A stretch of DNA of 64,000 nucleotides from an uncultured bacterium (GCA_963716985.1 OY970323.1:512001-576000); one strand, 5' to 3'. Numbered from the stretch's first letter, positions 1 through 10,292 are shown. Numbers and translations: made by a program. Notes: a model not told the origin generated them from the letters alone.

Positions 1-589
1 TGGAAGTAGTCGGTTACGGCGGAGAGAAACGGGTAGCTCGCGTGCTGTCTAACACATGTATGTGGGGAGCCGATGGAGCAACTCCTATTCCCATCCGATG
101 GACTTTGGTGGTGGATCCTACAGGAAAACTTGATCCTCTACCTCTTATGAGCACAGATCCACTCATGACGGCAGAACGTATGATAGAATTATTTATCGAT
201 CGCTGGGGACTTGAGGTCACATTCGAGGAAACACGTGAACATCTTGGCGTAGAGACCCAGCGGCAATGGTCGGATCGAGCAATAGCCCGATCGACTCCCA
301 TACTGATGGGGCTATATAGTTGTGTATGCCTAATGGCAAATCGATTGGGACAGGTAAAGTTGCTGAAAGTAGAGGCAACTGCTTGGCACCAAAAAGAACA
401 AGTCACATTTTCCGATATGTTGAGGGCTGTGCGCATGGTAATATGGAGGGATAATTTAATTTCCGGGAAGACTAAAATCACCCCTTCCGTGGAAAATATT
501 ACTCCAGAAATGGTGGATTGGATGGATGATATAGTAAGACGAATGCTTCAGGCGGCCTGAGCTAAGCCGCTAAAAGTTGCAAAGTCGAG
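1..589 (+). mobile_element. IS701-family element, copy 1 (3' part only; runs off the window edge)
   Basis: Near-identical to 2682-3270. Transposase C-terminus ends at 560 and the right end ...AAAAGTTGCAAAGTCGAG ends at 589. Confidence 0.85.
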
Positions 590-1748
590 AAAGATAACTG
601 GTTTAAACTTCTCTAAAACTTTTATGGATCCCTGAAGAACAAAGAGCTCAGATCCCTCTACGTCACATTTAATAAAATCAACAGAATTTATTTTGTAATC
701 AATTATCGTTTGATCCAACGTTTTCATTTTGCATTTTATTTTTTCAACGTTTTTATGATCGATTAGATTTTCTATGGAAGCTATTGCAGACCCTCCTTTA
801 AAATAATAAAACAGCCTGTCCTCGTCGCTATTAGATATTCCGCAATTAATTGGAATGCAATTTTCAATGTTGTTCATTTTAAGATTTTTAATTAAAAATT
901 CATATGAACGCGGGATGGGTTCGAAAGCATAGATTAAGGAAGAGGGAAATCTTTTGGCAAAATTTGTCGCAAGCCATCCGATATTCGCACCGACGTCGAT
1001 AATTGTGTCTCCATTTTTTATTAGATTATAAGCCATGGATTCATCTTCAGAGTCATAACACCCAAAATTTAAAATCTCAAATGGTGCTGACCGTGCAGCA
1101 CCATCGGTTTCCATTTTTATGTGTAATGGAGAAAAGGTAAAAATTACGCAATCTGGAAGAATTTCAATGGATTCTATTTCCGATTTTAAAATTTCTCTGG
1201 AGTATTCTAATAAAATCTTGTTAAATTCATGCCGTTCAGAAATATATTCGTATCTGTTGAGCAATCCCTGGTTGAATTGATCCTTAATTGATGTGAAAAT
1301 ATATTTTAACCCTTTCCCTCGTTTATTTAGCTCATCGAAAACTATCTTTAAGTCAATGGTAGAAATGTCCAAGTTTTGATCTATTGGATAGAGAGGTTTT
1401 GAGATTTCTAAACTTTTTCTTTTAGACTTTTTCTTATCATCCTTGTATTCTTCTCTGATAATGAGTCCGCACCCAAATGCAATTAGAAAGGCTGGGAGAA
1501 AATTAATAGCATTGAAAGATATTTTTCCTGTAAGCACTTCAAATACAGTGATAAAAATTGGAAGAGAATACCCGAGGGGCGCGAGGACTATTGGTCTAGC
1601 ATATAAGAAAGCTTTCAAAAAATAACACAGTACAATTCCAAACAAAATACCACATACAGATGAATTTGCGATCATTATATATGGAATATTTGGAAAGTGG
1701 AATTCTGGCTTGCCAATATAAAACAAAAGTGTACCTAAAAATATTAAT
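590..1748 (-). pseudogene. EamA/DMT-like membrane segment fused in frame to a FkbM-family methyltransferase, truncated at both ends by IS701 copies
   Basis: FkbM motifs IIDVGANIG, YAFEP and FIKCDVEGSE; hydrophobic N-part (LAPLGYSLPIF). The first 31 aa and last 13 aa of ORF 548..1840 are read from IS sequence. Confidence 0.75.
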
Positions 1749-3270
1749 CTCGACTTTGTACATTTTTCGATCTGATAGCCCAAAGTCATTTGCTTCAATC
1801 TGTAAAATAAAAAGTTGATAGAGAGTGCCGCTTCGCGCATACTATTTGGTTCAGTAAAACAAAATGGCAGGCTCTCATGGACTCTCTATCGTCAAACATT
1901 TTAGCAGTACTCACCCCTTTTTCAGTACTTTTTTCAAATCCTTCTTGGAAAAAAGCCCTGACCTTATTACTTGGCACGCTTTTATGCACTGGCAAGAGAA
2001 CCGTGTGTGCGGCTCTGCGCGCAATGGGTCTTGAGCATCAGTCGGGTTTTTCAAAGTACCATCACCTTTTAAACCGGGCGGAATGGTCGTCACTCAAGGC
2101 AGCGAAAATCCTATTCTTTATGTTGCTTATCTTTGTCTCCGATCAGCATCCTTTGGTTCTGCTCATTGACGAGACATTGGAGCGCAGGCGTGGCAAGAAG
2201 ATAAAAGCAAAGGGCTATTATCGAGATGCGGTTCGATCGTCACAGTCTCGAGTGGTCAAAGCCATGGGTTTGAAGTGGCAGGTTATGGCGCTCTCTGTGA
2301 AATTGCCGTTTATGTCGAGAGCACTTGCATTGCCTTTTTTGAGTGCACTGGAGCCTTCTAAAAAATGTGATGAAGCGAAGAAACGTCGGCACAAAACCTC
2401 ATTAAAATGGGCGAGTCAGATGGTCTTACAGGTGCGTCGATGGGTAGGTAAGGCGCGATCACTAATTCTTGTTGGCGATGGAGGATATGCTGCGGGACAG
2501 TTGGCTCTGAACTGTATCTGTTCTGGGGTGACTCTTGTTTCGCGACTGAAAATGAATGCAGCCCTGTTCGATTTCCCGGCCGAAAAGCGTCCCGGCCAAA
2601 GGGGACGTACAGCACAGAAGGGCGTCAAATTGAAAAATTTTAAAGAGATGCTATCTCTGAAGGGATTGCCCTGGAAAGAAATGGAAGTAGTCGGTTACGG
2701 CGGAGAGAAACGGGTAGCTCGCGTGCTGTCTAACACATGTATGTGGGGAGCCGATGGAGCAACTCCTATACCCATCCGATGGGTTTTGGTGGTAGATCCT
2801 ACAGGAAAACTCGACCCTCTACCTCTTATGAGCACAGATCCACGCATGACGCCAGAACGTATGATAGAGTTATTTATCGATCGCTGGGGACTTGAGGTCA
2901 CATTCGAAGAAACACGTGAACATCTTGGCGTAGAGACTCAGCGGCAATGGTCGGATCGAGCGATAGCCCGATCGACCCCCATACTGATGGGGTTATATAG
3001 TTGCGTATGCCTAATGGCAAATCGATTGGGACAGGTAAATTTGCTTAAGGTAGAGGCAACTGCTTGGCACCAAAAAGAGCACGTCACATTTTCCGATATG
3101 TTGAGGGCCGTGCGCATGGTAATATGGAGGGATAATTTAATTTCCGGGAAGGCTAAAATCACCCCTTCCGTGGAAAATATTACTCCAGAAATGGTGGATT
3201 GGATGGATGATATAGTAAGACGAGTGCTTCAGGCGGCCTGAACTAAGCCGCTAAAAGTTGCAAAGTCGAG
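1749..3270 (+). mobile_element. IS701-family element, copy 2 (complete)
   Basis: Terminal IRs CTCGACTTTGTACATTTT and AAAAGTTGCAAAGTCGAG flank a 454-aa transposase. No target duplication seen. Confidence 0.85.
1877..3241 (+). CDS. IS701-family DDE transposase
   Basis: Motifs IDETLERRRGKKI, LVGDGGY and RWGLEVTFEETREHLG. Confidence 0.85.
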   Translation: MDSLSSNILAVLTPFSVLFSNPSWKKALTLLLGTLLCTGKRTVCAALRAMGLEHQSGFSKYHHLLNRAEWSSLKAAKILFFMLLIFVSDQHPLVLLIDETLERRRGKKIKAKGYYRDAVRSSQSRVVKAMGLKWQVMALSVKLPFMSRALALPFLSALEPSKKCDEAKKRRHKTSLKWASQMVLQVRRWVGKARSLILVGDGGYAAGQLALNCICSGVTLVSRLKMNAALFDFPAEKRPGQRGRTAQKGVKLKNFKEMLSLKGLPWKEMEVVGYGGEKRVARVLSNTCMWGADGATPIPIRWVLVVDPTGKLDPLPLMSTDPRMTPERMIELFIDRWGLEVTFEETREHLGVETQRQWSDRAIARSTPILMGLYSCVCLMANRLGQVNLLKVEATAWHQKEHVTFSDMLRAVRMVIWRDNLISGKAKITPSVENITPEMVDWMDDIVRRVLQAA

Positions 3271-3657
3271 ATCTACAATTTCAATAAGACGAGGCAATGA
3301 ATACATTGATGCTTGTTGAGTCCCTGCAAGCACTTCAGCATCTAAAATTAGTCTTGTTTCAGCCATCGAATATGTGTGAATAACATGAGCCGGGCGGCCA
3401 TGTTTTGAAGGGTTGTAACAAATCTCTGCACCTTCTTGGTGGCCGTAAAGCGGCTTAACTGTCGTGTCAACATCAAGGATCCACTTTTCCAACAGTAGAG
3501 GGTCGTAGCAGATCTGAAGATGTTTTTGTTGCCATTGTTTGCAAGCTTCCTCATCTATCCTTTGAAAAGCCCTTCTGGCTGAATCTTCACTCAAGACTTT
3601 CTTCATTCCAAGTAAAGGTGGGTTCACTGCATCCTGTCGAATGGAGGTGATATGCGC
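3271..3657 (-). pseudogene. IS1380-family transposase, middle fragment (cut by IS66 upstream and IS701 downstream)
   Basis: WILDVDTTVKPLYGHQEGA and YNPSKHGRP motifs. Continues the frame of 6425-6756 across the IS66 target duplication. Confidence 0.8.
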
Positions 3658-3733
3658 GTAAGCGTCTAATCTAGCCATCTTTTTTGTTTTCCTTCGTCAT
3701 GGCACTCTGGTTTTTCTTAACCAAAGGAGTGTT

Positions 3734-4048
3734 ATGCCAAGACCGTTCCCAGAAGAAAAAAGACGCATCTGGCAAGAAAAAGTGCAAACGCAACGAATTA
3801 GCGGATTAAGCATGGCGCGTTGGTGTCGTGAGCAGCAGGTAAATTACAATTCTTTCCTATATTGGGATAAGCGCTTCCCTGAAAAATCTCAGATAACACG
3901 CGACTCTTTTCAAGAGCTCTATGAAGAAACTAAGACGGACCCAGGCGTTGCTATCGAATGTCAGGGAATGAAAGTTGTTCTATTAAAATCATTCGACCCA
4001 GTCGTTTTGGCTCAATGTCTACAAGTTCTCAAGGCACTGCCATGCTAA
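3734..4048 (+). CDS. tnpA: IS66 accessory protein TnpA
   Basis: HTH-like SGLSMARWCREQQVNYNSFLYW; first gene of the tnpABC layout. Confidence 0.85.
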   Translation: MPRPFPEEKRRIWQEKVQTQRISGLSMARWCREQQVNYNSFLYWDKRFPEKSQITRDSFQELYEETKTDPGVAIECQGMKVVLLKSFDPVVLAQCLQVLKALPC

Positions 4049-4371
4049 GTCTGCCTGCAAACGCCCGCCTGTTTTTGTGTCGCGCGCCTGTCAGTATGCG
4101 CAAGAGCTTTGAAGGTCTGAGCATTCTCGTCGAACAATTGTTCCCCGGAGAGCTCTTGTCCGGAGCTCTTTTTATTTTTCTAAGCCGACGCAAGGATCAT
4201 ATGAAGGTTCTCTACTGGGATGGTGATGGGTTTGTCATTTTTTATAAGCGCTTGGAAAAAGGTTCTTTTATTCCTCGGGAAGGAATGACATCAACGCTGC
4301 CAAGACGTGAGTTTTTGATGCTTTTGGAAGGAGTCGTTCCTAAACGATTACAACCTCGGTTTTCTCTATGA
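4042..4371 (+). CDS. tnpB: IS66 accessory protein TnpB
   Basis: PVSMRKSFEGL and KVLYWDGDGF...KRLEKGSF; the ATG at 4042 overlaps the end of tnpA. Confidence 0.92.
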   Translation: MLSLPANARLFLCRAPVSMRKSFEGLSILVEQLFPGELLSGALFIFLSRRKDHMKVLYWDGDGFVIFYKRLEKGSFIPREGMTSTLPRREFLMLLEGVVPKRLQPRFSL

Positions 4372-4437
4372 AAATAATTCGACTTTTCGTGCATTTTTCT
4401 CTTCTTTTTTTAAAGGGTTTTTGCTATCATTTTCTCT

Positions 4438-5976
4438 ATGAAAACAACACAAATTCTAGATCCTGCACAACTTCAAAACCAGATCGAAATTCTGCGAGTT
4501 GAAAATCTCGATTTACACAATACAGTGGCTTATCTCACACAACAACTCGACTGGTTCAAGCGCCAAATCTTCGGTAAAAAATCAGAGCGCATTATCTCAG
4601 ATCTCAATGGAGAACAGCTACTGCTTGAAGGTCTCGATGCAAAAGATCTGCAGAGCAAAGAAGAAACTCAAACAGTCCCTGCTCATCAACGTCGTAAACC
4701 TAAGCGCAATGGCCAAGATGCGATCACTTTGGATCCCAACCTTCCCGTTAAAACCATTGTTCTCGATGTTCCCGAAGAGCAAAAAGTCTGTCAGGAAACA
4801 GGAACTCCTCTCGTCAAGATCGGTGAAGAGGTTACTCACAAATTAGCTCACGAGCCGGGGAGCTATTATATCAAAGAAACCATCCGTCCCAAATATGCCC
4901 ATCCTCAAAAACCTGAAGACGGCGTTCTGACAGCCTTGTTACCCGACAGCATCCTCTCTAAATGCCAAGCTGATGACAGTCTTCTCGCAGAAATTGTTAC
5001 CCAAAAATTCGTTGATCATCTCCCTCTGTATCGCATCACCGAAATACTGGGTCGTCAAGGGGTTGGCATCAGCCGTAAGCTTCTCTCCCAATGGGTGATT
5101 CGCTGCGGTATGGCTCTCAAACCCCTCTATGAAGTCATGGTTTGCCAGATTCTTGAGAGCGAAAATGTTTTCATCGATGAAAGCCCAGTCAAATTACAAG
5201 CAAAAGACCAGTGCGATACAGCCTATATGTGGGTGATTGTCGGAGGAATCTCTTCAAATCCTGCCTACAGGGTCTATGATTTTCGAACGAACCGCCGTCA
5301 TGAGAACGTCCTCGATATTCTTCAGGGATATCGCGGGTTTTTGCACTCAGATAAATATGGCGCCTACCAACGGTTGGCCGAGAAGAAGGTGATCACATGG
5401 TGTCCTTGTTGGAGCCATATTCGAAGAAAATTCTTCGATGCTGAATCGGGAGATTTACCATTTCGCGATTGGGTTCTTCGAAAAATCCGATATCTCTTCA
5501 TGTTGGAGAAAGTCGCCTGGGCCCGGACATCTGAAGAGCGCCTGCAGATCCGCCAAGAAAAAGAAATTCCAATTATCGATGAGTTGATCGAGAAGATCAA
5601 AACACGACTTATGGACGGGAAGCTCTTGCCCAAATCAAAATTTCGCGAGGCGCTTGGGTATTTTTGCGGCCTGATTCCCTATTTAAAAAATTACACCAAG
5701 CACGCTTTTGCTCGTCTTGATAATAATGTAGCCGAAAGGGCCGTTCGTCCTCTCGCTATTGGCCGAAAAAACTGGCTCTTTTTCGGGAGTGAAGATGGCG
5801 GCGAAGCCGCTGCAATTTTACTCTCATTAGTACAAACTTGCCGAGGGTTGCAGATAAATCCAAGAGAATATCTAGAAGATGTGTTCCGGAGACTGATGGG
5901 GCACGCCGCTCAGAAGCTCGAGGAACTCTTGCCTGATCGGTGGTTTGCCGCTCGTCAACAGTCGAAAAAGCAATAG
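4438..5976 (+). CDS. tnpC: IS66 DDE transposase TnpC
   Basis: FGKKSE, DHLPLYR, CWSHIRRKF and DNNVAERAVRPLAIGRKNWLF motifs. Confidence 0.95.
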   Translation: MKTTQILDPAQLQNQIEILRVENLDLHNTVAYLTQQLDWFKRQIFGKKSERIISDLNGEQLLLEGLDAKDLQSKEETQTVPAHQRRKPKRNGQDAITLDPNLPVKTIVLDVPEEQKVCQETGTPLVKIGEEVTHKLAHEPGSYYIKETIRPKYAHPQKPEDGVLTALLPDSILSKCQADDSLLAEIVTQKFVDHLPLYRITEILGRQGVGISRKLLSQWVIRCGMALKPLYEVMVCQILESENVFIDESPVKLQAKDQCDTAYMWVIVGGISSNPAYRVYDFRTNRRHENVLDILQGYRGFLHSDKYGAYQRLAEKKVITWCPCWSHIRRKFFDAESGDLPFRDWVLRKIRYLFMLEKVAWARTSEERLQIRQEKEIPIIDELIEKIKTRLMDGKLLPKSKFREALGYFCGLIPYLKNYTKHAFARLDNNVAERAVRPLAIGRKNWLFFGSEDGGEAAAILLSLVQTCRGLQINPREYLEDVFRRLMGHAAQKLEELLPDRWFAARQQSKKQ

Positions 5977-6000
5977 CTGATCTTCAATGATCAGCTATTG
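5971..6000. terminator. Hairpin between the convergent tnpC and second tnpA-like gene
   Basis: CAATAGCTGATC-ttcaat-GATCAGCTATTG, a 12-bp perfect stem. Confidence 0.55.
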
Positions 6001-6038
6001 GCTCTATTCATCTTTTCGATCCTGGCTTTTCACAACTA

Positions 6039-6347
6039 CTAACATTGGGTTTTTCGCAGTGCTGATAAGCAATTTTTCAAGATGGCAAGATCGAAGCATT
6101 CATCGAGATGAATGCGAACGCCCCGATATTCGATGGAGACTCCGGGTGTCGTAGGTGCATTAGGTTTCTTGCAAGACGATCGGCGTATCGAAGTTTTTGA
6201 GGAAAGGCAATCTTTCCAATAAACAAATGTACTATGAGCAATTTGATGTTTTCGACACCAGCTTGTAGCATTAAGACCGCTGTTTCTTTGTTGGCGAATG
6301 TTTTCTGTCCATTCGGCTAGTTTTTCTGATGAAATAGGTTCGAACAT
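6039..6347 (-). CDS. Second, divergent IS66 TnpA-like protein read inward from the other end
   Basis: SGLNATSWCRKHQIAHSTFVYW...PGVSIEYRGVRIHL aligns by eye with TnpA 3734-4048; AAGGAG precedes the ATG at 6347. Confidence 0.8.
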   Translation of the reverse strand: MFEPISSEKLAEWTENIRQQRNSGLNATSWCRKHQIAHSTFVYWKDCLSSKTSIRRSSCKKPNAPTTPGVSIEYRGVRIHLDECFDLAILKNCLSALRKTQC

Positions 6348-6424
6348 AGAGACTCCTTGGTTTAAAAAGACAAAGAGTGCCATGACTCAGAAATAGGAAA
6401 AAGATGGGTAGATTAGACGGTTAC

Positions 6425-6826
6425 ATATGCGCATAACGCTTTTGACCTGAAAGTACAGCTAACAAAAGTGTTCCTAAAACATCCGTCTTTGATGGTGCAT
6501 TAGGGCTGCTGTAATATAGAGGGCAATCACTTACCCATGGAGCAAATAAATTACACGTTTTTAGAAATTGTGAAAAAAACACCAGTTGACCAATCGGCGT
6601 AACGGGACTTTGGTTATCCCACTCAACGTGGACTAATCCCGCGAAAGTGTCGCAGTGAATACCTTGAGGTGGTTCTTGAAATTTTGGGGCATTCAATTCA
6701 CAATTTGATAGCTCACCCAAATGGTGACTGATGGCTGGGAAAGAATTATCTTCCATAACGTCCTTAGAGTTCAGAAATTATGGCAAAAAACTATATCAGA
6801 ATCTGATTTTAACTGCCGTTTTTAGG
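6425..6826 (-). mobile_element. IS1380-family element: left end and transposase N-terminus (6425-6756)
   Basis: VHVEWD..PVTPIGQLVFF..FLK and SPNAPSKTDVLGT..LSGQKRYAH. Probable end CCTAAAAACGGCAG on the minus strand at 6826, where RT homology begins. Confidence 0.7.
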
Positions 6827-7021
6827 ATAAAGAAATTTATCGAAAAGAAACTCAAACTCAAGGTCAATGAAGAAAAGAGCAAAACCAGAAAATCGAAAGA
6901 AGTAAAATTTCTAGGCATGACGATCATCGAAGGAACAATAACCATCGCCAAAGCCGCTTATGATAAGGCAATGGAGAAGGTGAGAAGTATGATTCCTAGA
7001 GGATCCCACCTACCCATTGAG
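6827..7021 (+). pseudogene. Group II intron reverse transcriptase/maturase fragment (RT domain 6-7 region)
   Basis: IKKFIEKKLKLKVNEEKSK..VKFLGMTI; the frame continues at 9929 after removing IS66 copy 2. Confidence 0.8.
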
Positions 7022-7098
7022 GTAACCGTCTAATCTACCCATCTTTTTCCTATTTCTGAGTCATGGCACTCTTTGTCTTTTTAAACCAAGGAGTCTCT

Positions 7099-7407
7099 AT
7101 GTTCGAACCTATTTCATCAGAAAAACTAGCCGAATGGACAGAAAACATTCGCCAACAAAGAAACAGCGGTCTTAATGCTACAAGCTGGTGTCGAAAACAT
7201 CAAATTGCTCATAGTACATTTGTTTATTGGAAAGATTGCCTTTCCTCAAAAACTTCGATACGCCGATCGTCTTGCAAGAAACCTAATGCACCTACGACAC
7301 CCGGAGTCTCCATCGAATATCGGGGCGTTCGCATTCATCTCGATGAATGCTTCGATCTTGCCATCTTGAAAAATTGCTTATCAGCACTGCGAAAAACCCA
7401 ATGTTAG
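7099..7407 (+). CDS. Second TnpA-like protein, copy 2
   Basis: Protein identical to 6039-6347. Confidence 0.8.
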   Translation: MFEPISSEKLAEWTENIRQQRNSGLNATSWCRKHQIAHSTFVYWKDCLSSKTSIRRSSCKKPNAPTTPGVSIEYRGVRIHLDECFDLAILKNCLSALRKTQC

Positions 7408-7469
7408 TAGTTGTGAAAAGCCAGGATTGAAAAGATGAATAGAGCCAATAGCTGATCATTGAAGATCAG

Positions 7470-9140
7470 CTATTGCTTTTTCGACTGTTGACGAGCGGCA
7501 AACCATCGATCAGGCAAGAGTTCCTCGAGCTTCTGAGCGGCGTGCCCTATCAGTCTCCGGAACACATCTTCTAGATATTCTCTTGGATTTATCTGCAACC
7601 CTCGGCAAGTTTGTACTAATGAGAGTAAAATTGCAGCGGCTTCGCCGCCATCTTCACTCCCGAAAAAGAGCCAGTTTTTTCGGCCAATAGCGAGAGGACG
7701 AACGGCCCTTTCGGCTACATTATTATCAAGACGAGCAAAAGCGTGCTTGGTGTAATTTTTTAAATAGGGAATCAGGCCGCAAAAATACCCAAGCGCCTCG
7801 CGAAATTTTGATTTGGGCAAGAGCTTCCCGTCCATAAGTCGTGTTTTGATCTTCTCGATCAACTCATCGATAATTGGAATTTCTTTTTCTTGGCGGATCT
7901 GCAGGCGCTCTTCAGGTGTCCGGGCCCAGGCGACTTTCTCCAACATGAAGAGATATCGGATTTTTCGAAGAACCCAATCGCGAAATGGTAAATCTCCCGA
8001 TTCAGCATCGAAGAATTTTCTTCGAATATGGCTCCAACAAGGACACCATGTGATCACCTTCTTCTCGGCCAACCGTTGGTAGGCGCCATATTTATCTGAG
8101 TGCAAAAACCCGCGATATCCCTGAAGAATATCGAGGACGTTCTCATGACGGCGGTTCGTTCGAAAATCATAGACCCTGTAGGCAGGATTTGAAGAGATTC
8201 CTCCGACAATCACCCACATATAGGCTGTATCGCACTGGTCTTTTGCTTGTAATTTGACTGGGCTTTCATCGATGAAAACATTTTCGCTCTCAAGAATCTG
8301 GCAAACCATGACTTCATAGAGGGGTTTGAGAGCCATACCGCAGCGAATCACCCATTGGGAGAGAAGCTTACGGCTGATGCCAACCCCTTGACGACCCAGT
8401 ATTTCGGTGATGCGATACAGAGGGAGATGATGGCCTTGTTCACTTCGAGAGGGAAAACTTTCGATCAGTGGATGGCACAAGTTAGCAAAGTCGCCCTCAT
8501 CATTGAAAAACAAAGTCAGTCGCATTAACAACTGACCGAAGAAGTGAACATGGCCGAGATGATCAACGAATTTTTGGGTAACAATTTCTGCGAGAAGACT
8601 GTCATCAGCTTGGCATTTAGAGAGTATGCTGTCGGGTAACAAGGCTGTCAGAACGCCGTCTTCAGGTTTTTGAGGGTGGGCATATTTGGGACGGATGGTT
8701 TCTTTGATATAATAGCTCCCCGGCTCGTGAGCTAATTTGTGAGTAATCTCTTCACCGATCTTGACGAGAGGAGTTCCTGTTTCCTGACAGACTTTTTGCT
8801 CTTCGGGAACATCGAGAACAATGGTTTTAACGGGAAGGTTGGGATCCAAAGTGATCGCATCTTGGCCATTGCGCTTAGGTTTACGACGTTGATGAGCAGG
8901 GACTGTTTGAGTTTCTTCTTTGCTCTGCAGATCTTTTGCATCGAGACCTTCAAGCAGTAGCTGTTCTCCATTGAGATCTGAGATAATGCGCTCTGATTTT
9001 TTACCGAAGATTTGGCGCTTGAACCAGTCGAGTTGTTGTGTGAGATAAGCCACTGTATTGCACAAATCGAGATTTTCAACTCGCAGAATTTCGATCTGGT
9101 TTTGAAGTTGTGCAGGATCTAGAATTTGTGTTGTTTTCAT
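7470..9140 (-). CDS. tnpC: IS66 TnpC carrying a 44-aa in-frame MITE insertion
   Basis: Near-identical to 4438-5976 apart from a 132-bp insert within the DHLPLYR motif. Confidence 0.9.
   Translation of the reverse strand: MKTTQILDPAQLQNQIEILRVENLDLCNTVAYLTQQLDWFKRQIFGKKSERIISDLNGEQLLLEGLDAKDLQSKEETQTVPAHQRRKPKRNGQDAITLDPNLPVKTIVLDVPEEQKVCQETGTPLVKIGEEITHKLAHEPGSYYIKETIRPKYAHPQKPEDGVLTALLPDSILSKCQADDSLLAEIVTQKFVDHLGHVHFFGQLLMRLTLFFNDEGDFANLCHPLIESFPSRSEQGHHLPLYRITEILGRQGVGISRKLLSQWVIRCGMALKPLYEVMVCQILESENVFIDESPVKLQAKDQCDTAYMWVIVGGISSNPAYRVYDFRTNRRHENVLDILQGYRGFLHSDKYGAYQRLAEKKVITWCPCWSHIRRKFFDAESGDLPFRDWVLRKIRYLFMLEKVAWARTPEERLQIRQEKEIPIIDELIEKIKTRLMDGKLLPKSKFREALGYFCGLIPYLKNYTKHAFARLDNNVAERAVRPLAIGRKNWLFFGSEDGGEAAAILLSLVQTCRGLQINPREYLEDVFRRLIGHAAQKLEELLPDRWFAARQQSKKQ
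8432..8555. mobile_element. 124-bp MITE (IS1595- or IS6-like ends)
   Basis: IRs GGCCTTGTTCACTTC and GAAGTGAACATGGCC (14/15); 8-bp TSD GAGATGAT at 8424-8431 and 8556-8563; absent from copy 1. Confidence 0.92.
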
Positions 9141-9206
9141 AGAGAAAATGATAGCAAAAACCCTTTAAAAAAAGAAGAGAAAAATGCACGAAAAGTCGAA
9201 TTATTT

Positions 9207-9536
9207 TCATAGAGAAAACCGAGGTTGTAATCGTTTAGGAACGACTCCTTCCAAAAGCATCAAAAATTCACGTCTTGGCAGCGTTGATGTCATTCCTTCC
9301 CGAGGAATAAAAGAACCTTTTTCCAAGCGCTTATAAAAAATGACAAACCCATCACCATCCCAGTAGAGAACCTTCATATGATCCTTGCGTCGGCTTAGAA
9401 AAATAAAAAGAGCTCCGGACAAGAGCTCTCCGGGGAACAATTGTTCGACGAGAATGCTCAGACCTTCAAAGCTCTTGCGCATACTGACAGGCGCGCGACA
9501 CAAAAACAGGCGGGCGTTTGCAGGCAGACTTAGCAT
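9207..9536 (-). CDS. tnpB: IS66 TnpB, copy 2
   Basis: Protein identical to copy 1. Confidence 0.92.
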   Translation of the reverse strand: MLSLPANARLFLCRAPVSMRKSFEGLSILVEQLFPGELLSGALFIFLSRRKDHMKVLYWDGDGFVIFYKRLEKGSFIPREGMTSTLPRREFLMLLEGVVPKRLQPRFSL

Positions 9537-9844
9537 GGCAGTGCCTTGAGAACTTGTAGACATTGAGCCAAAACGACTGGGTCGAATGATTTTAATAGAA
9601 CAACTTTCATTCCCTGACATTCGATAGCAACGCCTGGGTCCGTCTTAGTTTCTTCATAGAGCTCTTGAAAAGAGTCGCGTGTTATCTGAGATTTTTCAGG
9701 GAAGCGCTTATCCCAATACAGGAAAGAATTGTAATTTACCTGCTGCTCACGACACCAACGCGCCATGCTTAATCCGCTAATTCGTTGCGTTTGCACTTTT
9801 TCTTGCCAGATGCGTCTTTTTTCTTCTGGGAACGGTCTTGGCAT
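9530..9844 (-). CDS. tnpA: IS66 TnpA, copy 2
   Basis: Protein identical to copy 1. Confidence 0.85.
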   Translation of the reverse strand: MPRPFPEEKRRIWQEKVQTQRISGLSMARWCREQQVNYNSFLYWDKRFPEKSQITRDSFQELYEETKTDPGVAIECQGMKVVLLKSFDPVVLAQCLQVLKALPC

Positions 9845-9928
9845 AACACTCCTTTGGTTAAGAAAAACCAGAGTGCCATGACGAAGGAAAACAAAAAAGA
9901 TGGCTAGATTAGACGCTTACCCATTGAG

Positions 9929-10291
9929 AAAGCCATGAAAGAAGTAAACACATGGTATCAGGGATGGGCATCTTACTTCAAGATGACCCAATACCCTTCT
10001 CAACTGAGGGGGATAGAGGCTCATATCAGGAGAAGATTTAGAGCCCGAATCATTTATCAGCAAAAGAAGAAAAGAAATCTTCTTTCGTTGCTGCTGAAAA
10101 GAGGAATAGAGAAGAAAAGGGCAGGTAAAACGGTATACTCCAACCGAGGCACTTGGAATCTGTCTCATACAGCAGTCCTAGATAAAGCTTTTTCGGTAAG
10201 ATGGTTTATAGAACAAGCAGGACAAATAATAATTTCCAACGTAACAATGAGACATTGGTTCGAGATTGAGAAATGGGTAAAATTAACATGA
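9929..10291 (+). pseudogene. Group II intron maturase (thumb/X) domain fragment, class C-like, no endonuclease domain
   Basis: VNTWYQGWASYF and IRRRFRA motifs; the stop codon abuts intron domain V. Confidence 0.82.
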
Positions 10292-10292
10292 A

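Larger units (their letters stand above)
3658..6424 (+). mobile_element. IS66-family element, copy 1
   Basis: IRs GTAAGCGTCTAATCTAGCCATC and GATGGGTAGATTAGACGGTTAC; 8-bp TSD ATATGCGC at 3650-3657 and 6425-6432. Confidence 0.95.
7022..9920 (-). mobile_element. IS66-family element, copy 2 (inverted relative to copy 1)
   Basis: Same IRs as copy 1; 8-bp TSD CCATTGAG at 7014-7021 and 9921-9928. Confidence 0.95.

Noticed and set aside
548..1840. 430-aa ORF as an intact gene
   Set aside because: Its start and stop codons both lie within IS701 sequence.
6731..7033. 100-aa ORF as a real gene
   Set aside because: Chimeric read-through of the IS1380 end, the RT fragment and the IS66 IR.
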